Below are positions 57,497-64,000 of a stretch of 64,000 bases of DNA, in pieces (the first letter of the stretch is position 1; every line of letters begins with the position of its first letter). The stretch is from Sedimentisphaerales bacterium (GTDB taxonomy: Bacteria; Planctomycetota; Phycisphaerae; Sedimentisphaerales; SM23-30): the NCBI GenBank assembly GCA_963666285.1, contig OY762711.1; one strand, written 5' to 3'. Made by a program: the position numbers and the translations under genes. Under the pieces are notes generated by a model, which saw nothing but the letters and a program-made list of their open reading frames with translations, was not told the DNA's origin and ran no database searches.

Positions 57497-58696
57497 CTAA
57501 CCTCTAACTTCTAACTTTTTGATCTCTTCATCTGTCAGATAACACGCAGGGTCCGGCTCCCACAAATCGCCGTACTTCGCTTCTGCTCTCACCCGGAAAT
57601 TCCCGTTACACACATCCTGGAACCGGCATACTCCGCAGCGACCCTTCAAAAACTTCTTACGATCTTTCAGCTTCGCCATCAGTTCATCATTGGTATCGGT
57701 CCATATCTCCGAAAATTTACGCTCCCTCACATTGCCAAAAGTATAATGTCGCCAGAACTGGTCCGCATGTACGCTGCCATCCCAGCTAACACAGCCAATA
57801 CCGATACCGGTACTATTGCCGCCGTTCATCTTCAGCAGCTCCATTACCTGCTCCGCCCGCTCGGTCTTACCTTCCGCCAGCAGCCGCAAATAAATATACG
57901 GACCGTCTGTATGGTTATCTACCGTCAGCACTTCCTTCTTCAAACCACGATTATGCAAATCTTCTGTCCGGTCGATTATCAGGTCAACAACTTTGCGACT
58001 CTCCTCCAAGCTCAAGTCTTCCTCCATCAGCTCACTGCCGCGCCCGGCATAAACCAGGTGATAAAAACACACTCGCGGAACATCCTCCTGCTCCAGCAAA
58101 TCAAATATACCCGGAACATCATGCACATTTCGCTTATTAATAGTAAACCGTAAACCAACCTTTACACCCGCCGCCTTACAGTTTCGCATACCCGCCAACG
58201 CCTTATCATAAGCACCGGCTATCCCGCGAAACTTATCATTCGTTTCACGCAGCCCGTCCAGGCTCACACCCACATAGCTCAAACCCAGTTCAGCAAACTG
58301 CTCGGCCTTCTCCGGCGTTATCAGTGTACCATTTGTTGAGATCACAGCACGCAATCCATTCGCCTTCGCCCTCTTTATCAGCTCCGGCAAATCCTTCCTC
58401 GTCAGCGGCTCACCGCCACTAAACAACACCACCGGCACACCAAACTCCGCCAGGTCATCCAAAAGCTTAAAACCCTCTTCGGTCGTCAGCTCATTCTCGT
58501 AATCCATATCATGCGAATGCGAATAGCAATGCACACACTTCAAATTACAACGCCTCGTTGTATTCCAAACCACAACCGGCCGCTTATCCTTAGAAAACTG
58601 TAATAAATGGCTGGGCAGCTTGCCTGAATGGCGATTATACCTCAGTGGATCAGAGGCCTCAACGGTTCCGCAATATAATTTTGATATTCCAATCAT
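57497..58696 (-). CDS. Radical SAM / SPASM-domain protein
   Basis: CNLKCVHCYS (CxxxCxxC) near the N-terminus; C-terminal Cys cluster CGVCRFQDVCNGNF typical of a SPASM/twitch domain. Confidence 0.75.
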   Translation of the reverse strand: MIGISKLYCGTVEASDPLRYNRHSGKLPSHLLQFSKDKRPVVVWNTTRRCNLKCVHCYSHSHDMDYENELTTEEGFKLLDDLAEFGVPVVLFSGGEPLTRKDLPELIKRAKANGLRAVISTNGTLITPEKAEQFAELGLSYVGVSLDGLRETNDKFRGIAGAYDKALAGMRNCKAAGVKVGLRFTINKRNVHDVPGIFDLLEQEDVPRVCFYHLVYAGRGSELMEEDLSLEESRKVVDLIIDRTEDLHNRGLKKEVLTVDNHTDGPYIYLRLLAEGKTERAEQVMELLKMNGGNSTGIGIGCVSWDGSVHADQFWRHYTFGNVRERKFSEIWTDTNDELMAKLKDRKKFLKGRCGVCRFQDVCNGNFRVRAEAKYGDLWEPDPACYLTDEEIKKLEVRG

Positions 58697-59299
58697 TGTT
58701 CTATCTTTCTGGTAACAATACTCTGATTTCTCATGGCTGGTTCTAAGTAAAGTATAGTATTATAGTAATAATTCCGCTCCGGGACTAATAATAAAACGAG
58801 CTTATCTCTATATTATTCATCCATTTGCATCATTTACCCCACTTTAACATCTCAAATTTACTATACCTCAACAATGATCCGAAAAATCCCAATAATACAA
58901 AAGCCTGACCCTTGACTATTTCTCCAGCCGCGGCCGAACCTACGACGGCCTGCTCTTTGTGAAAGATTAATAAATCCCAAGCCGCAACATACAAAAAAAC
59001 ACTATAATTACTCTAAAAACAAAATAATTATGATTACCTCAAGTGAAAATAGGTAAAATATCTCTGCTATTTTAATCTTTATCTGATAGCAAATTCTCTT
59101 ATAAAATCTAATGATGTCTAACCTGTTCTGAAACCATTATTTATATCATCTGCATGAAAATTTAACCGTTACATGTTTATCATCATTTGCAGATTTTGTC
59201 TCAATCGCTATAAGATATTTACAATTGTTTGTATGGGACAAATACATTACCTGCGACTATTCTACCCAAACTGCTTACCCTGTATACACATATAATTCC

Positions 59300-59327
59300 T
59301 TGACAAAATCGGATAATAAAGTAAAAT
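59300..59327 (+). promoter_or_regulatory. Consensus sigma70-type promoter (TTGACA, 16-bp spacer, TAAAAT) at the head of a 560-nt ORF-free leader
   Basis: TTGACA at 59300-59305, TAAAAT at 59322-59327. Confidence 0.45.
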
Positions 59328-59781
59328 ACTTTCTTGCTTCAAGAGTCGACTTTACTGGATGAAATTGATTTAATTTCTTTGTATTTCTTATTTTTATCGT
59401 TTTTGTACTACTATTAAATCTTATTGCGAATTAGTTGAGAATGTTTTTTGCAATTATCCTGGCAAAGTATGACGCGATAGAGTGATTTTATAAGGATCGG
59501 TTGAAAAGAGAATTAGACCAGGATCAAGCCTGGTCTTTAAGTCCCTGGAACGCAGGAGGCGAGGGTTTGTTTGCTTTTATCTTTCTAACTTATTCATATT
59601 AATATATGGATTATATAGGAATTTGTATTCCTGTCGTTTTTTAAAATTGGAACCAATAGTAACATTTTTTGTAAGCATTCACAGGTGCGTTATTTGAGTC
59701 AGATTCTGTGTTTGCGGAGATTTAAAATAGTTCGCGATAAGCGAACCTTAGCTTATTTCTTTTTACTTATATTTTATTACT

Positions 59782-59810
59782 GTAACCGTGTGAACGGTTA
59801 CCATTTTTTT
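59782..59810 (+). terminator. Intrinsic terminator/attenuator hairpin 93 nt upstream of the ACP start codon
   Basis: GTAACCGT-GTGA-ACGGTTAC followed by CATTTTTTTAC. Further hairpin+T-run structures at 59543-59580 and 59620-59645. Confidence 0.55.
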
Positions 59811-59902
59811 ACTTGAAAGATAACCTCTTAACAGATGTTGCCTGAATAAGTAAATTCATTTTTTAGTGTTTGAGAAGATTATCGTTTTATAGGAGTTTTC
59901 AT

Positions 59903-60163
59903 GTGGAGAAAACCAAGTATTACAATATTATTGAAGATTTTATAATTGAGCAGTTTCTATTTGGCAGTAAAGAAGACCTTCAGAGAGATTTTTCTCTTTT
60001 GGAACAGGGAATTATTGATTCCATGGGTGTTCTGGAAATCGCCACTTACCTGGAAGATACCTTCAACATCATTATTCTCGATGATGAAGTTATACCCGAA
60101 AATCTAGACACAATAGATAATATATGTAGATTTTTGGAGACAAAGGTTAAATGTGCGGGATAG
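59903..60163 (+). CDS. Acyl carrier protein
   Basis: GTG start 7 nt after AGGAG. Phosphopantetheine attachment motif ..EQGIIDSMGVLEIATYLE.. (DSM). Confidence 0.6.
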   Translation: MEKTKYYNIIEDFIIEQFLFGSKEDLQRDFSLLEQGIIDSMGVLEIATYLEDTFNIIILDDEVIPENLDTIDNICRFLETKVKCAG

Positions 60164-62118
60164 CTGGTATTTGCTGTATAAATTCTTCCGACCGGTTTGA
60201 TGCTGATACAATATGCTCGATGCTGTCATCTATTCGCCATAGAGGACCGGACGAATCAGGTATATACCTTGACAACCACGCTGCTCTGGGGCACTGCCGA
60301 CTTAGCATTATTGACTTGGCCGGCGGCATCCAGCCGCTGTCCAACGAAAACGAAGACCTGTGGATAACCTATAATGGCGAGATTTTTAATTTCCCTGAAT
60401 TAAAACGCTGCCTCGACAAGCATAATTTTAAAACCAGAACTGATACTGAGGTACTCCTGCACCTTTTCGAAGACCATGGAATAGAATGTCTCGATATGCT
60501 TAACGGGCAGTTCGCCTTCGCTATCTGGAACAGCAGCAAAAAAGAACTATTCCTGGCAAGAGATCGACTCGGAATCAGACCACTTTTTTATACTATTCAA
60601 GATAACAAAATAATTTTTGCTTCTGAAATTAAAGCTGTTTTCCAATATCCCAGGATCGACAGGGAACTCGACTGTATCGCACTCGATCAGATTTTCACAT
60701 TCTGGACTACCCTGCCTGGCTATACAGCGTTTAAAGGTATCAGGGAACTGCCGCCGGGCCATTACCTGCATCTTAAAAATGGTATTATCACAATTAAACA
60801 ATACTGGCAAACTCCTTTATGTCGGGAAGACTCATCTGAATACTCTGATCTGAAGGAAGCATCAGAAAAGCTAAGCTGTTTAATCACCGACTCTATCAAT
60901 ATACGGCTGAGAGCTGATGTGCCGGTTGGCAGCTACCTCAGTGGAGGACTGGACTCTTCCGGAATAACCGCTAAAATCGTTAACAAATTTAATAACCGGT
61001 TAACTACTTTTGGCATCCGGTTTGACGATCCGGATTTCGACGAAACGGCCTACCAGAAACATATGGTTAACCATCTCAAAACTAACCATACCGAACTGTT
61101 AGCATCAAACAATCTCATTGCGGATAACTTCGACAGGGTAATTTACCATAGCGAAAAACCTATGACCAGAACCGCCCCCGCCCCGCTCTTCCTGCTGTCT
61201 AAAGTTGTTAGAGACTCAAACTACAAGGTGGTACTTACCGGAGAAGGGGCTGATGAATTTTTCGGCGGATATAATATATTTCGTGAGGCAAAGATAAGAT
61301 ACTTCTGCGCCCGCCAACCTGAGGCAACCTGGCGAACGGAGCTTTTTGGCCGCATCTATCCATATATCTTTAATAACCCAAGGATGAAAAAATCTTTACA
61401 GGCTTTTTTCACCAGGGGTATGCTCGATTTTGAAAACCCGTACTATTCGCATTGCTTGCGATGGGCTAATACCTGCCGGATTAAATCTTTCTGGGATAAA
61501 CCTTTTCAGAAATCCGTCGGACAATACGATGCTATCGGCGAACTTGACAGCTTCTTACCTGGCGGTTTCGGTAAATGGGATATCCTTTCCAGGGCTCAAT
61601 TCCTGGAAAGCAGCCTGTTCATGAGCAATTACCTGCTCTCCAGCCAGGGAGACCGGGTGGCTATGGCTCACTCACTGGAAATCCGGCTCCCATTCCTGGA
61701 CTACAGACTCCTGGAGGCTCTTGCCGCTTTACCAAGACGATGGAAAATCTCAGGCATAAAAGAAAAATTTATTCTTAGAAAAATTTTTGAAAACGATCTG
61801 CCCGCTGACATACTAAACCGCACCAAACAACCTTACAGGGCGCCCGTTATCAATGCCTTAACTGCCGATAGCAGCAGCTATTCTTCAAATATGGTCAGCG
61901 AAGATATGGTCAAAAAATCCGGCATATTTGACTATAACAAAGTATCGCTTCTGTTGAAAAAAATCAAAAACAATCGACAGCCATCTGAAATTGACAATAT
62001 GGCCTTGTGCCTGATTGTGTCAACCCAGATGCTCATAGACCAGTTTATTTGCAACCCGGTTAAAATTCCTGAACCTTATCAGGTCGATATGGTTATCGAT
62101 AAAAGAAACAAAAACTGA
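60151..62118 (+). CDS. Asparagine synthetase B-family glutamine-hydrolysing amidotransferase
   Basis: N-terminal MCGIAGI (Cys2 nucleophile) and PP-loop SGGLDSS; 655 aa. Overlaps the ACP stop. Confidence 0.8.
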   Translation: MCGIAGICCINSSDRFDADTICSMLSSIRHRGPDESGIYLDNHAALGHCRLSIIDLAGGIQPLSNENEDLWITYNGEIFNFPELKRCLDKHNFKTRTDTEVLLHLFEDHGIECLDMLNGQFAFAIWNSSKKELFLARDRLGIRPLFYTIQDNKIIFASEIKAVFQYPRIDRELDCIALDQIFTFWTTLPGYTAFKGIRELPPGHYLHLKNGIITIKQYWQTPLCREDSSEYSDLKEASEKLSCLITDSINIRLRADVPVGSYLSGGLDSSGITAKIVNKFNNRLTTFGIRFDDPDFDETAYQKHMVNHLKTNHTELLASNNLIADNFDRVIYHSEKPMTRTAPAPLFLLSKVVRDSNYKVVLTGEGADEFFGGYNIFREAKIRYFCARQPEATWRTELFGRIYPYIFNNPRMKKSLQAFFTRGMLDFENPYYSHCLRWANTCRIKSFWDKPFQKSVGQYDAIGELDSFLPGGFGKWDILSRAQFLESSLFMSNYLLSSQGDRVAMAHSLEIRLPFLDYRLLEALAALPRRWKISGIKEKFILRKIFENDLPADILNRTKQPYRAPVINALTADSSSYSSNMVSEDMVKKSGIFDYNKVSLLLKKIKNNRQPSEIDNMALCLIVSTQMLIDQFICNPVKIPEPYQVDMVIDKRNKN

Positions 62119-62143
62119 CAAGATAAATAATTATGGAATTAGT

Positions 62144-63721
62144 ATGTATGATAAATATCCAATATTAGTACATCAATGGCTCGAAAAAACTGCGTCAGAA
62201 TTTCCCGACAAAACCGCACTGGTATGCGGTAAAGAAAGCATTACTTACCGGGAACTTAATGAAAAATCTGATAATATGGCCGCAGCACTCAGACTTAATG
62301 GAATCTCTCATCAGGACAGGGTGGTTATTTTTCTCGAAAATTCTATCGAAACAGTTATATCTCTTTACGCTGTTGCAAAGGCCGGCGCCATCTTTGTTAT
62401 TGTTAACGAACAGCTCAAGGCTGCCAAGCTGGCCTATATCATCAATAACTCACAGGCGAAATTCCTGGTCTCTTCCGGCCCCAAAATCAAGACCGTCTCT
62501 CTCGCTGTAAATGAATGCCACGGCAAACCAAAACTTATTTTCACCCGGATAAATAAGAAAGTAACCGATCAGTTCAACGATAGCCTGGCATTCGAAGAAC
62601 TTACATCATCCAAACCTGATACCGCCGGAATTTCTACTGTTGTCGAAATCATTGATCAGGATCTGGCCGCTCTTATCTACACCTCCGGGTCAACTGGTGA
62701 ACCAAAAGGAGTTATGTCTTCTCATCTCAATATGATTTCAGCGGCACGAAGCATCATTCAATATACCAAACAATGCTCCGGCGATATCATCCTGAACGTA
62801 TTGCCGCTGTCTTTTGACTATGGACTGTACCAGGTGATTATGAGTGTTATGTTTGGCGGCACTGTTATTCTTGAAAAATCTTTTGCCTACTTCCACCAGG
62901 TACTGTTAAAAATCAGTGAATATAAAGTCACCGGTTTCCCCATTGTGCCTACTATTGTTGCTATGATGCTAAATTTGCAGGATCTTTCCAAATACGACTT
63001 CTCCTCTCTTCGTTTTATTACCAATACCGGTGCCGCACTGCCGGTCGAACATATCAGGCGGTTCAGAAAACTCTTTCCCCGCTTGGAAATATACTCGATG
63101 TACGGCCTGACTGAATGCAAGCGGGTCAGCTATCTTCCTGTAGAACAAATTGATATCAGACCAGATTCCGTCGGAATAGCTATGCCCAACTGCAGGGTTC
63201 TTATCGTTGACAACGATGGCAAACCGGTGAATACCGGTGAGATCGGCGAACTCATTATACAAGGTTCCAATGTTATGCCCGGCTACTGGCAGGATCCGCA
63301 ACTATCAGCTAAAGTATATAAAACCGGTTACCTCAACCTGCGATATCTCTATTCCGGAGATTTCTTCAAACAGGATAAAGATGGATATCTCTATTTCCTC
63401 GGGAGAAAAGATGATATGATAAAGACCAGGGGAGAACGAGTCAGCCCAAAGGAAATTGAAAATATTATCAGCCAATACCCGGGTGTCGCTGAAGTCGCTG
63501 TGATTGGCATACCAGAACCGATTATGAGCCAGGTTCCCAAAGCGTTTATCGTTAAAGCAAATGGATATAATCTAAACACAGATGATATACTCAAATATTC
63601 TATCGAAAATATGGAAAGGTTCATGGTGCCTGGAGCCGTTGAATTCATAGACGCTTTACCTAAAACACCAAATGGTAAAATTGACAAAAACAAGCTTAAA
63701 GAGCAGGAACTACAAATATGA
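62144..63721 (+). CDS. AMP-forming acyl-CoA/acyl-ACP ligase (adenylate-forming enzyme)
   Basis: Core motifs YTSGSTGEPKGV, ..YGLTE.., GDF..DKDGYLYFLGRKDDMIK. Confidence 0.8.
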   Translation: MYDKYPILVHQWLEKTASEFPDKTALVCGKESITYRELNEKSDNMAAALRLNGISHQDRVVIFLENSIETVISLYAVAKAGAIFVIVNEQLKAAKLAYIINNSQAKFLVSSGPKIKTVSLAVNECHGKPKLIFTRINKKVTDQFNDSLAFEELTSSKPDTAGISTVVEIIDQDLAALIYTSGSTGEPKGVMSSHLNMISAARSIIQYTKQCSGDIILNVLPLSFDYGLYQVIMSVMFGGTVILEKSFAYFHQVLLKISEYKVTGFPIVPTIVAMMLNLQDLSKYDFSSLRFITNTGAALPVEHIRRFRKLFPRLEIYSMYGLTECKRVSYLPVEQIDIRPDSVGIAMPNCRVLIVDNDGKPVNTGEIGELIIQGSNVMPGYWQDPQLSAKVYKTGYLNLRYLYSGDFFKQDKDGYLYFLGRKDDMIKTRGERVSPKEIENIISQYPGVAEVAVIGIPEPIMSQVPKAFIVKANGYNLNTDDILKYSIENMERFMVPGAVEFIDALPKTPNGKIDKNKLKEQELQI

Positions 63722-64000
63722 CAAATCAAAAACCATTTAGCCCGGACGTACTGAATATTGATTATGACCGGGAAGTTGAAAAAATCTCGGAGTATATTCG
63801 TCATTCTCTTCAGAAAGTCTTAAAGAGAAAAGGGATCGTTCTAGGCGTATCCGGTGGTATTGACAGTAGTACAACCGCGGCACTTTGTGTAAATGCTATT
63901 GGAAAGGAACGGGTATTCGGCATACTTATGCCCGAACAGGATTCAGCCGAGGAGTCCGAACAGTTCGGCAAACTGCTATGCTGCCATTTAGGAATTAAAT
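63718..64000 (+). CDS. NAD synthetase-like PP-loop ATPase (partial; continues past the window end)
   Basis: Start overlaps the ligase stop (ATGA). SGGIDSS PP-loop (GIVLGVSGGIDSSTTAALC). Confidence 0.5.
   Translation, partial: MTNQKPFSPDVLNIDYDREVEKISEYIRHSLQKVLKRKGIVLGVSGGIDSSTTAALCVNAIGKERVFGILMPEQDSAEESEQFGKLLCCHLGIK

Noticed and set aside
1-64000. CRISPR arrays and cas genes
   Set aside because: No regularly spaced short direct repeats with unique spacers are present. The repeats found are long, dispersed intergenic elements.

Overview
This 64-kb window appears to come from a Planctomycetes-type genome. It carries a DUF1559/prepilin-like N-terminus (MKKKAFTLIELLVV), two PEP-CTERM proteins, many dockerin-tagged secreted proteins, and intergenic regions that are AT-rich next to GC-rich genes. 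I called about 45 protein genes and 11 tRNA or tRNA-like genes by hand, plus one intact IS3-family insertion sequence and two families of intergenic repeats. The most notable locus is an enlarged RNA-repair module on the minus strand (24.4-30.7 kb): rtcA, a GFA-domain gene, rtcB, a 591-aa PcfJ-like-domain protein, prfH (release factor H, GGQ motif) and a compact DPPF-motif methyltransferase-like ORF. The sigma54/CARF regulator rtcR sits about 3.6 kb away on the other side of a minus-strand tRNA array. That array contains three class-I-shaped tRNAs whose anticodons (TAA, TAG, AAG) are all leucine anticodons, and a tRNA-Lys with a disrupted acceptor stem. Other items include a Ddl-like ATP-grasp/M20 peptidase fusion in a cluster with a glutamine amidotransferase and an MraY/WecA-family transferase; an Hc1-type histone-H1-like gene; a lipoprotein with about ten 28-residue tandem repeats; and a [four-helix-bundle gene + repeat] insertion splitting cysD from cysN. 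At the right edge there is an ACP / AsnB-like amidotransferase / acyl-CoA-ligase / NadE-like cluster that is typical of exosortase-associated loci. It is preceded by a 1.2-kb ORF-free leader carrying a consensus promoter and several terminator hairpins. A roughly 250-bp intergenic repeat family occurs seven times, always in the same orientation. It carries a promoter-like module and stems with compensatory substitutions. No CRISPR array was seen. Nothing was searched against databases; every call is from reading the sequence, and the tRNA folds were done by hand.
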